From: Gammaproteobacteria bacterium
Lineage (GTDB): Bacteria > Pseudomonadota > Gammaproteobacteria > Eutrophobiales > Eutrophobiaceae
Length of the DNA: 64,000 bases
Assembly: GCA_965116495.1 (NCBI GenBank)
Contig: OZ220696.1
Span: forward strand, 2,720,001 to 2,784,000
Direction: 5' to 3'
A program made the translations under genes and the position numbers. How positions within the stretch are numbered: position 1 is the first letter of the stretch; each line of letters begins with the position of its first letter. Under the pieces are notes generated by a model. It did no database searches, was not told where the DNA came from, and saw only the letters and a program-made list of their open reading frames with translations. This document shows, piece by piece, positions 49,704-59,979 of this stretch.

Positions 49704-50932
49704 GTCACGTACATGCAAAGGAGGCAACAGGCTACAAATCTGCTGACATAGGGATGACACCGGAGGATTGGGATGTTTACAGCCTTCAGGATATCGTAAA
49801 TCAATTTGTAAACGGAGGTACGCCATCGACAAAGAACGAGGATTTCTGGTCAGGGAATATTCCATGGGTAACCGGAGCTGATATCTTAGATCAGGAAGTT
49901 GCGGTTATCAGGAGACATATCACTGCAGAAGCAGTAGATAGCAGTTCCACAAATGTGATTCCAAAAGGCAACCTTTTGATTGTTTCCCGGACAGGTGTAG
50001 GAAAACTGGCGATTGCACCATGCGATATTGCCATCAGCCAGGATTTTACTGGCATAATCCTGCGTAAAGAAAAGATTCTGGCCGAGTACCTTTTTCGATA
50101 TTTAGACTTTTTTCAGGATGTCTTAGTCAGACAGAACCAAGGAACATCAATCAAGGGAATTACACGAGATACCTTAACTGCAATCCTCATAGCGATCCCA
50201 TCTTATGCCGAACAACGCTCCATTGCCGAGGCATTGTCGGACGTTGATGGTTTGATCAAATCATCAGAGGCATTGATCGCAAAGAAGAAGGCGATCAAGC
50301 AGGCCACCATACAGCAACTCCTCACCGGCAAGACCCGCCTGCAGGGGTTCAGTGGGGCGTGGGAGATAAAGCGGTTGGGAGAGTTTGCTTTCATTCGCAA
50401 TCATAAGGTCTTGCCCTCAGATGTATCCCCAGATATACCCTGCGTGGAGCTTGAACATATCGGGCAAGGGAATGGAAGGCTTCTGGGATGCTCCTCGGCA
50501 CAGTACTCGACATCATCGAAATATTTATTTTCTTCGGGTGATGTGCTTTTTGGTCGGCTTCGAGCATATCTTCGCAAGTTCTGGCTTGCTGATAGAGATG
50601 GCGTTTGCACTACCGAAATATGGCCGTTAGTGACTGACTCTCAGCGGGCAGATAGCGGTTTCTTGTACGCCATCGTCCAATGTGACAAATTTATCGAAAC
50701 GGCAAGTATTTCCTATGGTACGCATATGCCGCGCACAGACTGGGGCGTAATGCGGAACTTTGAAGTCTCACTGCCAGAAATCTCTGAACAACGCGCAATT
50801 GCCTCCGTTCTCTCCGATATAGACGCCGAGATTACGTCACTTGAGCGACGACTAGACAAGACCCGTAGAATCAAGCGTGGTATGATGCAACAACTCCTCA
50901 CCGGTCGCTTACGGCTGGTCAAACCGGTATAA
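49700..50932 (+). CDS. hsdS: Type I RM specificity subunit S
   Basis: Two TRDs, each followed by the conserved EQRxIA..LSD.D...QQLLTG repeat. Confidence 0.95.
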   Translation: MSHVHAKEATGYKSADIGMTPEDWDVYSLQDIVNQFVNGGTPSTKNEDFWSGNIPWVTGADILDQEVAVIRRHITAEAVDSSSTNVIPKGNLLIVSRTGVGKLAIAPCDIAISQDFTGIILRKEKILAEYLFRYLDFFQDVLVRQNQGTSIKGITRDTLTAILIAIPSYAEQRSIAEALSDVDGLIKSSEALIAKKKAIKQATIQQLLTGKTRLQGFSGAWEIKRLGEFAFIRNHKVLPSDVSPDIPCVELEHIGQGNGRLLGCSSAQYSTSSKYLFSSGDVLFGRLRAYLRKFWLADRDGVCTTEIWPLVTDSQRADSGFLYAIVQCDKFIETASISYGTHMPRTDWGVMRNFEVSLPEISEQRAIASVLSDIDAEITSLERRLDKTRRIKRGMMQQLLTGRLRLVKPV

Positions 50933-50936
50933 ATAC

Positions 50937-51410
50937 ATGGCAATAACGTATTCGGAGTTAGAGATAGAGTCGTTTGTGCAAGAACGCAAACCTTTATCAA
51001 TCGACTGGGAAAACCGGATTAAACTCAGATCCAAACTCGGGCATGACGAGCGACACCTGGATCTAATTGGTGACGACGGGAACAAGTTCCGTTTGATTCT
51101 CAGGCAAAATCAGATTAGTCCATTGGACTTCTCCGTCATCCTAGCTGTTCGGATTCCACAGTCAAACCAAATCTTTCGCCTCCGGCGCTACAACGGCAAG
51201 AGTCACGAGCACACAAATCATATTGAAGACGTGACATTCTATGATTTTCATATCCACATCGCTACAACACGATATCAGGAGCTTGGAGCGCGAGAAGACG
51301 CCTTCGCAGAACCAACCGAACGCTATGCCGATTTCCGAAGTGCCTTCAACTGCCTCATTGATGATGCGAATTTCGTAATCCCGCCAAAATCACAGACTGA
51401 ACTTTTCTAG
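50937..51410 (+). CDS. Hypothetical protein with a His-rich motif
   Basis: 157 aa, [14 protein letters not shown]...FHIH, starts 4 nt after the hsdS stop. Confidence 0.7.
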   Translation: MAITYSELEIESFVQERKPLSIDWENRIKLRSKLGHDERHLDLIGDDGNKFRLILRQNQISPLDFSVILAVRIPQSNQIFRLRRYNGKSHEHTNHIEDVTFYDFHIHIATTRYQELGAREDAFAEPTERYADFRSAFNCLIDDANFVIPPKSQTELF

Positions 51411-51421
51411 GGGTATTAAAT

Positions 51422-52198
51422 ATGTCCATCGATACCATAGAACAAGAATTTCACAACAAAGTATCTGCCAAGGTCCGGTTGTTCCCCGAAGGTGTAGAAC
51501 GTTTCCGCGTGTTTACTCCATTCCTCTTTGATGACGGTGACCATTTAGCCGTTGTCCTGAAAAAAGAAGGAGCGCGGTGGGTGCTATCCGATGAGGCTCA
51601 TACATACATGCACCTGACTTATGACATCAATGAGAAAGATCTTCACAGTGGCACGCGACAGAAAATTATCACTAATACTCTGTCAACGTTTCAAGTCGAG
51701 GACCGTAACGGGGAACTGGTACTCGAAGTACCTGATGAGCGTTATGGCGACGCATTGTATTCCTTTATACAAGCACTTCTCAAAATCTCCGATGTATCTT
51801 ACCTATCCCGGGAACAGGTCCAATCAACTTTTATGGACGACTTCCAGACATTGTTAAGTGAAGCTGTCCCGGAAGATCGCAGGAACTTCGATTGGAACGA
51901 TCCAGAACACGACCCCAATGGAATGTACACGGTAGACTGTCGGATCAACGGTATGCCTCGACCACTTTTCGTTCACGCCCTCGGCAGTGACAGCAGGACC
52001 CGTGATGCTACGATTGCACTACACCAATTTGAGAAATGGGATATCCCATTCCACTCACTTGCAATCTTTGAAGATCAGGAATCAATCAATCGCAAAGTGC
52101 TGGCTCGTTTAAGCGATGTCTGTGAAAAGCAGTTCTCCAGCCTCACTTCTAACCGTGAAAGGATCACGCGGTTTCTGAATGAGAACATATCGGGATGA
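51422..52198 (+). CDS. DUF1828/DUF1829-like protein
   Basis: [13 protein letters not shown]...[10 protein letters not shown]-domain and an alpha/beta C-domain (YTVDC). Confidence 0.65.
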   Translation: MSIDTIEQEFHNKVSAKVRLFPEGVERFRVFTPFLFDDGDHLAVVLKKEGARWVLSDEAHTYMHLTYDINEKDLHSGTRQKIITNTLSTFQVEDRNGELVLEVPDERYGDALYSFIQALLKISDVSYLSREQVQSTFMDDFQTLLSEAVPEDRRNFDWNDPEHDPNGMYTVDCRINGMPRPLFVHALGSDSRTRDATIALHQFEKWDIPFHSLAIFEDQESINRKVLARLSDVCEKQFSSLTSNRERITRFLNENISG

Positions 52199-52297
52199 GA
52201 TATCCGACCAAAGCGGAAGTTCGAACGAACAATCGCTATTGATGATTTTACCTACACCACGTTGAAAGAGACCTGCCTGAGAGAAAATAAATTGCAG

Positions 52298-53596
52298 TCA
52301 AGTCCACCTGAGTCGGAGTGTCCGCAGAACGTGATCTTGCAGGTTCTGCGGTATCTCAAGATCCCGGGCGATGTGGCGCCAGGTTGAGAAGGCTTCGACG
52401 GTCTGCTCCAGGATCGCTTTGTCGCGGTGACGCGGCAACCCGGCGTACCTGGCGAGGTGTTTCACGTCCTCCCTGGTAAAGTCTGATGTCTTGCCGTTGA
52501 TACTGAGTTGGTGAAATCTTGTGAAATCGCTGCCGGCAGCGTGACAAAGATCATAGGCCGGCGCGATATCCCAGATGCCTCTCCGATCCATCATAAAGGT
52601 GAAGTTCTTCACGTGGTCGTCCCGATTGCATCCCGTCAGGTTGAATAGCACGCGCCGGAACTGCTCTTCTATCGCCACCTTTGACATGCCCAGTTGGCGC
52701 ATCGTCATGAAGAGTTGTTCGTAGGAATAACGTCCGCTCTCATAGTAGTCAAAGTGCGCTACTGCGGCGAAGGTCTGCACAAATTTCCTGGCGCCGTTTT
52801 CATCACGATCAAAGCGGCGGGTCATAAAATGGTGACGACCGTTTTCACTGAAAATTCGGCTCTCCATCATGTCGATGCCACATGCCTTGGCCACCAAATG
52901 ATAGCTGTATTCCAGCAGGCCATATCCCGATGGGTCGGCAACTTCCCAGTCGCCACTGAACGCAACGCCGTCGAATTTTATGAGCCAATGTTCAAAACCG
53001 GGCGGGAGGTCTGACTGACCGGAGCGCACTTGGCGGGTCTTGGGGTTAAAAGCGATAACCGCCTTGGCGCGGGCGCCGCCGGCTGACGTGCCGACACCCA
53101 GGATGTCGAGCAATGTGTTTTCTTCTCTGCCGGGTGCAAACCTGGTGTCCAGCGTTTCTTTCTCTGCAAATGCCATCGAGGCAAGCTCAACAAGCTGCAG
53201 TACCTCAACCGGCTTGTCCTTAGCCATGTCGTCACCTGTTGAGGGCTCAAACTCCAACGCGCCCATACCGCGCCGTCCCGTATAGCACAAGCGGTCGACT
53301 GCGTTGAAATCCTCAGCCTGTCTGCCTGTTTGCGCCAGCCAAACGTCGATGAGCTTGTTGCCATACTTGTCGGGAAGGCTGTCGGCAAGCAGGCCCGGCA
53401 AGCCATGAAATGATCTTCGTTGCAGGTTTTGGAACTGGTAAATCCTGCCGGGACGAACAGGCATGTGTAGTGGCGCCGGTTCAATCCCGAACGTTGCGAA
53501 TCCGGGGTCGTATTCAAAACGGGCGTAGCGCTCATCAGCATTAATGGAAACATAACCGATTGGCGTCCCCCACAGCTTGACGGTAGCTGTGCTCAC
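52298..53596 (-). CDS. hipA: HipA family Ser/Thr kinase toxin
   Basis: N-terminal couple domain, LPDKYG, TSAGGARAK, RRFDR, NRDDHVKN and APAYDL. Confidence 0.9.
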   Translation of the reverse strand: MSTATVKLWGTPIGYVSINADERYARFEYDPGFATFGIEPAPLHMPVRPGRIYQFQNLQRRSFHGLPGLLADSLPDKYGNKLIDVWLAQTGRQAEDFNAVDRLCYTGRRGMGALEFEPSTGDDMAKDKPVEVLQLVELASMAFAEKETLDTRFAPGREENTLLDILGVGTSAGGARAKAVIAFNPKTRQVRSGQSDLPPGFEHWLIKFDGVAFSGDWEVADPSGYGLLEYSYHLVAKACGIDMMESRIFSENGRHHFMTRRFDRDENGARKFVQTFAAVAHFDYYESGRYSYEQLFMTMRQLGMSKVAIEEQFRRVLFNLTGCNRDDHVKNFTFMMDRRGIWDIAPAYDLCHAAGSDFTRFHQLSINGKTSDFTREDVKHLARYAGLPRHRDKAILEQTVEAFSTWRHIARDLEIPQNLQDHVLRTLRLRWT

Positions 53597-53928
53597 CGGG
53601 TTTCATCTCCCCATATAATGCCAGAGTTTGCTTGAGGCACTTTCCGTTTCTTCGGGTTCGCCGCGCGCGCCTCCGCCATCGGCGAGTTGAATGTTTCCGG
53701 TAGCAGGGCGTCTATAGCAGCGGCCATATTCAGCGCCTTCAGGAGTTTCAACCAGGATTCAAACAGTCCATCCTGCCCGCCTTCAATGCGCCGGAGCGTG
53801 GCGACGCCAATGCCCGCCTCTTCAGCCAGTTCAGCCTGGGATAACCCTTGCTGTTTGCGGATGCGGGCGAGCCGATTGCCGAATTCGCGCAGAATCTCAC
53901 TCTCGGGGGTAAGCTGATTGATATTCAT
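53593..53928 (-). CDS. hipB: XRE-family HTH antitoxin (HipB-like)
   Basis: RKQQGLSQAELAEEAGIGVATLRRIEGG; 4-nt overlap with hipA. Confidence 0.85.
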   Translation of the reverse strand: MNINQLTPESEILREFGNRLARIRKQQGLSQAELAEEAGIGVATLRRIEGGQDGLFESWLKLLKALNMAAAIDALLPETFNSPMAEARAANPKKRKVPQANSGIIWGDETR

Positions 53929-53929
53929 A

Positions 53930-53986
53930 ATATCACTTTTGATTTAAAATAAGATTTTTCAACCTGTTTCATATCATAAATGATAT
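53930..53986. promoter_or_regulatory. Two putative hipBA autoregulatory operators
   Basis: ATATCA-CTTT-TGATTT (53930-53945) and ATATCA-TAAA-TGATAT (53971-53986), directly upstream of hipB. Confidence 0.55.
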
Positions 53987-54090
53987 TTAATAAAAATACG
54001 ATAGAAAAACCTCATCGCTTGAAAAATATTCTCTTTCAGCTACATTCCTTGTATGAAAACAGTTCGTGACCGATATTCAGGGAGAAACCG

Positions 54091-54444
54091 GTGACTACTC
54101 CCGAGGTCGCAGGGCAAGTTACAGGGCATGATACAGGGCAAGCCATCGGCCAGCCAGAGTCACGGCCAGAGTCACAACAAATTATCACCCCCGAAGTCAC
54201 CCCCGAAGTCATTCGGCTCCTGGCAGTGATGGAGAGTGCAATGAGTCGCCAGGAAGTCCAGGCTAAATTGGGCCTCAAGGATGAAAAATACTTCCGTGAG
54301 TTCTACCAGCAACCTGCTGTTGCCGGAGGTCTGATTGAGATGACTATCTCTGATAAGCGGACAAGCCCTTTGCAGAAGTACCGACTGACAGATAAGGGAC
54401 GCGCTCTGCTCGCGAACTTGAAGTCGAGGTCAGCAGAGGCATGA
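54091..54444 (+). CDS. Stand-alone winged-helix resembling the C-terminus of Fic/ATP-binding proteins
   Basis: MSRQEVQAKLGLKD..YFREFY..PA...GLIEMTI.DK.TSP.QKYRLT pattern after 4-aa repeats; ATGA overlap with hsdR. Confidence 0.65.
   Translation: MTTPEVAGQVTGHDTGQAIGQPESRPESQQIITPEVTPEVIRLLAVMESAMSRQEVQAKLGLKDEKYFREFYQQPAVAGGLIEMTISDKRTSPLQKYRLTDKGRALLANLKSRSAEA
54110..54208 (+). repeat. Three blocks of 12-bp tandem repeats
   Basis: CAGGGCA-N5 x3 (54110-54145), GCCAGAGTCAC(G/A) x2 (54153-54176) and TCACCCCCGAAG x2 (54185-54208). Confidence 0.8.
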
Positions 54445-57400
54445 GCGCGGTTGGTCAGAGAGAGAAACAGACGCAACAACGCGTGGTCGAATTCTTTCAG
54501 GACACGCTCGGCTATTCATACCTCGGAGACTGGACCAGTCGTCCCAATAACAGCAACGTTGAAAGGGTAATACTTGCCGATTGGCTAGGCCGCCAAGGCC
54601 ATAACGACAGAATCATCGACAAAGTACTGTACGAACTGGGAAAGGCAGTTGCGCTCGGTGGCAGCAAGACACTCTATGACGCCAACAAACAGCTCTATGG
54701 TCTGCTCCGCTACGGCGTTAAAGTTTTACCGGAGGTGGGTGAGCAACACCTTACTGTCTGGTTGACCGACTGGAAAAATCCCGCAAAGAACGAGTTCGCA
54801 ATCGCCGAAGAAGTAACTGTCACCGGCCGAAATACAAAACGTCCCGATATCGTACTGTACGTTAACGGAATTGCTCTGGGTGTATTGGAACTTAAACGTT
54901 CGATAGTCTCAGTAGCCGAAGGCGTCAGGCAAAACCTCGACAACCAGAAAAAGGAGTTCATCCAGCCATTTTTCTCCACCGTTCAACTCCTAATGGCGGG
55001 AAACGAAGCCGAGGGACTGCGTTATGGCGTGATTGTAACCCCGGAGAAGTACTGGTTGCGCTGGAAAGAGGCCGGCGCCCATACAGCCGCCGATGATAAT
55101 CCGTTACTCCGGGAACTGGGCCAATTATGTGATAAAGAGCGGATGCTCGAGATCATTCATGATTTCATCGTCTTCGATGCAGGAATCAAAAAGATCTGCC
55201 GACATAATCAATACTTCGGAATGAGGGCGGCCCAGGAACATGTGAAACGCAGGGAAGGCGGCATCATCTGGCACACCCAGGGCAGCGGCAAAAGCCTGAC
55301 TATGGTGTGGCTGGCAAAGTGGATTCGCGAAAATGTCACTGCCTCCCGTGTACTGCTTCTTACTGACCGAACCGAATTGGATGATCAGATCGAAGGAACT
55401 TTCCTGGGAGTAAGTGAGGGTATTTACCGCACGGAAAGCGGCGCCGACCTGGTGGATGTTCTCAACACCAGCGACGAGTGGCTGATCTGTTCTCTGATAC
55501 AAAAATTCGGAGCGTCAGAGGATGGCGATTTCGATGCATTCATAAATGACATATGCAGTCACCTGCCCGAAGAGTTTTACGCCAAAGGTGAGCTCTTTGT
55601 TTTCGTAGACGAATGTCATCGAACCCAATCCGGCAAGCTCCACGACGCAATGAAGGAACTGCTACCGGGGGCTATGCTGATTGGTTTTACAGGGACGCCC
55701 CTGCTCAAGGATGACAAGAAACGTAGTATTGAGACTTTCGGGCCCTACATCCATACCTATAAATATGATGAGGCAGTAAATGATGGTGTGGTGCTCGACT
55801 TGCGCTACGAGGCACGAGACATTGACCAGGACATCGTTTCGCCGGACAAAATCGATCAGTGGTTCGACCTGAAAACCAAAGCTTTGACTGATGTGGCGAA
55901 GGCCCAACTCAGACAACGCTGGGGCACCATGCAGAAAGTGTTGAGTTCACAGGACCGTCTGCAAAAGATTGTGGCTGACATCCTTCTTGATATGGAACGA
56001 TGCGACCGTTTGAAGAGTGGCCGGGGCAACGCGCTGCTTGTGTCTGGTAGTATTTATTCCGCCTGCCGTATCTTCGAGATGTTTCAGCAACAGGGGTTAG
56101 GCGGAAAATGCGCTATTGTGACCTCCTATAAACCATCTCCATCCGATATCAAAGGGGAGGAGACCGGTGAGGGTCTCACGGAGAAGCTGCGGCAGTACGA
56201 AATTTATCGAAAGATGCTTGCAGCACATTTCGACGAACCTGAAGAAACGGCGATGCACAAAGTCGGAAAATTTGAAAAGGATGTAAAGAAACGCTTCGTC
56301 AAAGAACCTGGCCGGATGAAGCTCTTGATCGTCGTGGATAAGTTGTTAACCGGTTTTGACGCTCCGCCTGCGACCTATCTCTACATCGACAAGAACATGC
56401 AGGATCACGGACTGTTCCAGGCCATCTGTAGAGTTAATCGCCTTGATGGCGAGGACAAGGAATATGGTTATGTCATCGACTATAAAGATCTGTTTCGGTC
56501 TTTGGAGCAATCGATTAATCACTACACCGGAGAAGCATTTGAAGGATACGACAGCGAGGATGTAGAAGGCTTACTGAAAGACAGACTGGAACAGGGGAAA
56601 AATCGGCTGGAACAGGCGCGGGAAGCTATCAAAGCACTGTGCGAACCCGTTAATCGACCTTGCGGTACGGCTGATTACCTGAGGTATTTTTGTGCAACCG
56701 ATAACGCTAATGTCGAGCAGCTAAAAGCTAATGAACCAAAACGCGCAGCGCTTTACAAGTTAGCAGCAGCTTACCTGCGCGCCTACGCCAACCTGGCCAA
56801 TGAAATGATTGAAGCCGGATACAGCGACGCTGAAATACGAACAATCAAGGCTGAGGTTGACCACTATGAGAAAGCACGTCAAGAGGTCAAGCTCGCCAGC
56901 GGCGACTATATCGACATGAAGCTGTACGAGCCGGCTATGCGTCACCTTCTCGACACTTACATTCGAGCTGAGGACAGCGAGCAACTGTCAGTACTTAATT
57001 ACATGACGCTCATAGAATTAGTTGTCGAGCGCGGCGAGTCTGCTGTTGCTTCGTTACCCGACGGAATCCGCGACAATCACGAAGCAGTTGCAGCCACAGT
57101 CGAAAATAACCTTCGAAGGCTCATCGTGGACGAAATGGCTGTGAACCCAAAGTACTACACAGAGATGTCAAAATTGCTGGATGCCCTAATCCTTCAACGC
57201 AAACAGGATGCGCTGGATTATAAAACCTATCTGGCCAAAATTGTTGATCTGACCAGAAATACCACTCAGCCGAAAGCGACACGTTACCCATACACGATAA
57301 ATAACCCTGGTCGGCGTGCACTGTTTGATAACTTGAAGGACCATGCGCATACACTGGAAGAACATATCCTTAAAAACAAAGCAGCAGATACCGCTGCCGA

Positions 57401-57581
57401 TACAGCCGAAACCATCGCCCTGGCTATGGACGATGCGATACGCTCCGTAAAGAAAGCGGATTGGCGCGGCAACAGGTTTAAGGAGCGCGAGGTTCGTAAT
57501 GCCATCAGGTCGGTGCTTGGCGACCATGAGGGCCTTGTGGATGAATTTTTTGAAATTGTAAAGGCCCAGCATGACTACTGA
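54441..57581 (+). CDS. hsdR: Type I RM restriction subunit R
   Basis: RPDIVLYVNGI...ELK nuclease, HTQGSGKS, DECHR, FTGTP and LLTGFDAP. Confidence 0.95.
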   Translation: MSAVGQREKQTQQRVVEFFQDTLGYSYLGDWTSRPNNSNVERVILADWLGRQGHNDRIIDKVLYELGKAVALGGSKTLYDANKQLYGLLRYGVKVLPEVGEQHLTVWLTDWKNPAKNEFAIAEEVTVTGRNTKRPDIVLYVNGIALGVLELKRSIVSVAEGVRQNLDNQKKEFIQPFFSTVQLLMAGNEAEGLRYGVIVTPEKYWLRWKEAGAHTAADDNPLLRELGQLCDKERMLEIIHDFIVFDAGIKKICRHNQYFGMRAAQEHVKRREGGIIWHTQGSGKSLTMVWLAKWIRENVTASRVLLLTDRTELDDQIEGTFLGVSEGIYRTESGADLVDVLNTSDEWLICSLIQKFGASEDGDFDAFINDICSHLPEEFYAKGELFVFVDECHRTQSGKLHDAMKELLPGAMLIGFTGTPLLKDDKKRSIETFGPYIHTYKYDEAVNDGVVLDLRYEARDIDQDIVSPDKIDQWFDLKTKALTDVAKAQLRQRWGTMQKVLSSQDRLQKIVADILLDMERCDRLKSGRGNALLVSGSIYSACRIFEMFQQQGLGGKCAIVTSYKPSPSDIKGEETGEGLTEKLRQYEIYRKMLAAHFDEPEETAMHKVGKFEKDVKKRFVKEPGRMKLLIVVDKLLTGFDAPPATYLYIDKNMQDHGLFQAICRVNRLDGEDKEYGYVIDYKDLFRSLEQSINHYTGEAFEGYDSEDVEGLLKDRLEQGKNRLEQAREAIKALCEPVNRPCGTADYLRYFCATDNANVEQLKANEPKRAALYKLAAAYLRAYANLANEMIEAGYSDAEIRTIKAEVDHYEKARQEVKLASGDYIDMKLYEPAMRHLLDTYIRAEDSEQLSVLNYMTLIELVVERGESAVASLPDGIRDNHEAVAATVENNLRRLIVDEMAVNPKYYTEMSKLLDALILQRKQDALDYKTYLAKIVDLTRNTTQPKATRYPYTINNPGRRALFDNLKDHAHTLEEHILKNKAADTAADTAETIALAMDDAIRSVKKADWRGNRFKEREVRNAIRSVLGDHEGLVDEFFEIVKAQHDY

Positions 57582-58299
57582 TCGGCGTGACATTGATGTC
57601 TGTGGCATTGCCGTTGAAGTTGTGCGCAAGAACATCAAGCACCTCTACGTGGGCGTTTATCCGCCGGGTGGCCGGGTTCGGGTAAGCGCGCCGCTACGTA
57701 TCGATAAGGAAACCATCCGGTTGGCTGTTATTTCCCGATTGGGCTGGATTCGCAAAAGACAGGCGCAGTTCGAACATCAGGAACGACAATCAGAGAGGGA
57801 ATACATATCGGGCGAAAGCCACTACTTTGAGGGGCGCCGCTACCGGCTGGATGTGATTGAGCAAAACAGCCCCCCTGCCGTCCTGCTGCTCAACAATACT
57901 ACGCTGGCATTAAGCGTACGTCCCGGCGCCGACTGGAGCCAGCGGGAAGCGGTGCTTGACCGATGGTATCGCGGACAACTACGCGACCGCCTGCCTGTAC
58001 TTGTCGAGAAATGGGAACAAAAGATCGGAGTACAGGCCAATGAAGTTCGCATCAGGAAGATGAAGACCCGCTGGGGGACATGCAACAGTCGCGCTCGTCG
58101 CATCTGGTTGAATCTTGAACTGATGAAGAAACCCCCATCCTGCCTTGAATATGTCGTCGTCCATGAGCTTATCCACCTGATTGAGCGCAAGCATAACAAT
58201 CGCTTTCGTGAGCTCATGGATAAATACATGCCTCCGTGGCGCAGTCACCGGGATGAACTGAATCGTGCGCCACTGGCTCACGCAAACTGGGAGTATTAA
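57571..58299 (+). CDS. YgjP/DUF45 (M48-like) zinc metallo-hydrolase associated with type I RM
   Basis: MKTRWGTC and YVVVHELIHL...H. Confidence 0.9.
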   Translation: MTTDRRDIDVCGIAVEVVRKNIKHLYVGVYPPGGRVRVSAPLRIDKETIRLAVISRLGWIRKRQAQFEHQERQSEREYISGESHYFEGRRYRLDVIEQNSPPAVLLLNNTTLALSVRPGADWSQREAVLDRWYRGQLRDRLPVLVEKWEQKIGVQANEVRIRKMKTRWGTCNSRARRIWLNLELMKKPPSCLEYVVVHELIHLIERKHNNRFRELMDKYMPPWRSHRDELNRAPLAHANWEY

Positions 58300-58357
58300 C
58301 CCGTATTTCCCATAGATATTTGTCTTTGGCGAATGAGGGAACAACTCCGGAATAGAT

Positions 58358-58424
58358 GGGGTCAGAGTAAAATCTTGAGGCATGTGGCTGACGGCACGAC
58401 CGGTGGTGATTTTACTCTGACCCC
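58358..58424. repeat. 17-bp perfect inverted repeat (REP-like family C)
   Basis: GGGGTCAGAGTAAAATC ... GATTTTACTCTGACCCC between convergent genes at the RM locus boundary. Confidence 0.8.
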
Positions 58425-58431
58425 TGGTATA

Positions 58432-59979
58432 TCAAATCACCGCCTCGATCAGGTTCGGCCCCGGTTCGGCCAGGTAAGCGGCCAATTGCCTGTTTAATTG
58501 CTCCGTGGCGGTTACCCGGCAGGCAGGCACTCCCATGCCGTTCGCCAGCTTGACCCAGTCGATTTCCGGGTTGTCGATATCCATCATGGAACGTGCCCTG
58601 GCGCCTGGCGCGCCGGCGCCGACCCGTTGGTATTCGATGTTCAGGATGCGGTATTTGCGGTTGGCAAGGACAACGGTGGTCACGTCCAGTGATTCCCTGG
58701 ACTGGGTCCACAGGGCCTGCAGGGAATACATGCCGCTGCCGTCCGCCTGCAGGTTCAGGACCTTGCGGTCCGGACAGGCCAGCGCCGCGCCGGTGGCATT
58801 GGGCAGCCCCTGGCCGATGGCGCCGCCGGTCGTGAACAGCCAGTCATGGGGTTCTGTGGTGGCAGTGGCCGGTATCAGGTTCCCCCCTGAACTGATCGCT
58901 TCCTCGGCAACGACGGCATTTTCCGGCATCAGCGCGGCGACACTCAGGGCGATGGATTCAGGCGTTAATTTGCCCGCGGGCAGGGGTGGTTTTTTCAACG
59001 GCATCAGGACCGGGGAGACACGGCCGGCGCCAAGTTCGTCGATAACCCTGGCCAGGGCATCGACTACGTCGTCTCCGGCTTTGGCCAGGTGATGCACCCG
59101 GCAATCCGGGGGAACCAGGTAACTGGGCAGGTCCGGGTAGGCAAAAAAGCCCACCGGTGGTTTGGTGCCGGCAATGATGAGATGCCGGATGCCTGTCAGC
59201 GTCTCGATGATCGCCTCGGGAAAGTACGGCAGGCGTTCGATGTTCGCCCGCCCGGCGCCGCGGGTGATGCGCGCGGTAAACGTATGGGACAAAACCCGGG
59301 CATTTACATGATTGCCGATCACGCCGGCCAGGCCGGCGCCCTCCTCAAGCAATGCGTGGTCACCCAGCAGCAGGGCTGCCGGTTCACCTGTGCGCAATGC
59401 CTTCGCTACGCTCTTCACCGCTTCATCCGCAACTTTGCGGCGCACGGGTTGGGGAGCCTTCCGGCCGGGGTCGGCGGGACATGGGTCCCAGGAACAATCC
59501 GCCGGTATGATCAGGGTCGCAACATGTCCCGGCGGTTGCCGCGCGGCCGTGATCGCCGCCACGGCGTCGGCCGGTATATCCGCCGCCGTCCCGCTCTCCT
59601 TGATCCAGGCGGAAACCGGTTTGGCATAAGCGGCAACGTCCGATGCCAGCGGCGCATCATACTGTTTGTGGCTGGTCGCATGATCCCCGACAATATTGAC
59701 GATGGGCGCGCCGGCGCGCATGGCATTGTGGAAATTGGCCAGGCCGTTCCCCAGGCCGGGGCCAAGGTGCAGCAGCGTTGCCGGCGGATTGTCTGACATC
59801 CTGGAGAAACCATCCGCGGCCCCGGCGACCACACCTTCAGCCAGGCACAGCACGCAACGCATGTCGGGCACCCGGTCCGCGGCCGCGACAAACTGCATCT
59901 CCGAGGTGCCCGGATTGGTAAAACAGGTGGTAATATCGTTGTTGACCAGCGTTCTTAACAGACTTTCAGCTCCGTTCAT
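58432..59979 (-). CDS. ThDP-dependent acetolactate synthase large-subunit-like enzyme
   Basis: FTNPGTSE, LLHLGPGLGN and ADGSGMY...N ThDP motif. Confidence 0.85.
   Translation of the reverse strand: MNGAESLLRTLVNNDITTCFTNPGTSEMQFVAAADRVPDMRCVLCLAEGVVAGAADGFSRMSDNPPATLLHLGPGLGNGLANFHNAMRAGAPIVNIVGDHATSHKQYDAPLASDVAAYAKPVSAWIKESGTAADIPADAVAAITAARQPPGHVATLIIPADCSWDPCPADPGRKAPQPVRRKVADEAVKSVAKALRTGEPAALLLGDHALLEEGAGLAGVIGNHVNARVLSHTFTARITRGAGRANIERLPYFPEAIIETLTGIRHLIIAGTKPPVGFFAYPDLPSYLVPPDCRVHHLAKAGDDVVDALARVIDELGAGRVSPVLMPLKKPPLPAGKLTPESIALSVAALMPENAVVAEEAISSGGNLIPATATTEPHDWLFTTGGAIGQGLPNATGAALACPDRKVLNLQADGSGMYSLQALWTQSRESLDVTTVVLANRKYRILNIEYQRVGAGAPGARARSMMDIDNPEIDWVKLANGMGVPACRVTATEQLNRQLAAYLAEPGPNLIEAVI

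Noticed and set aside
49700-50932. Phase-variable (invertible) hsdS system
   Set aside because: There is only one hsdS, no silent TRD cassettes and no recombinase. The internal repeat is the normal conserved region.
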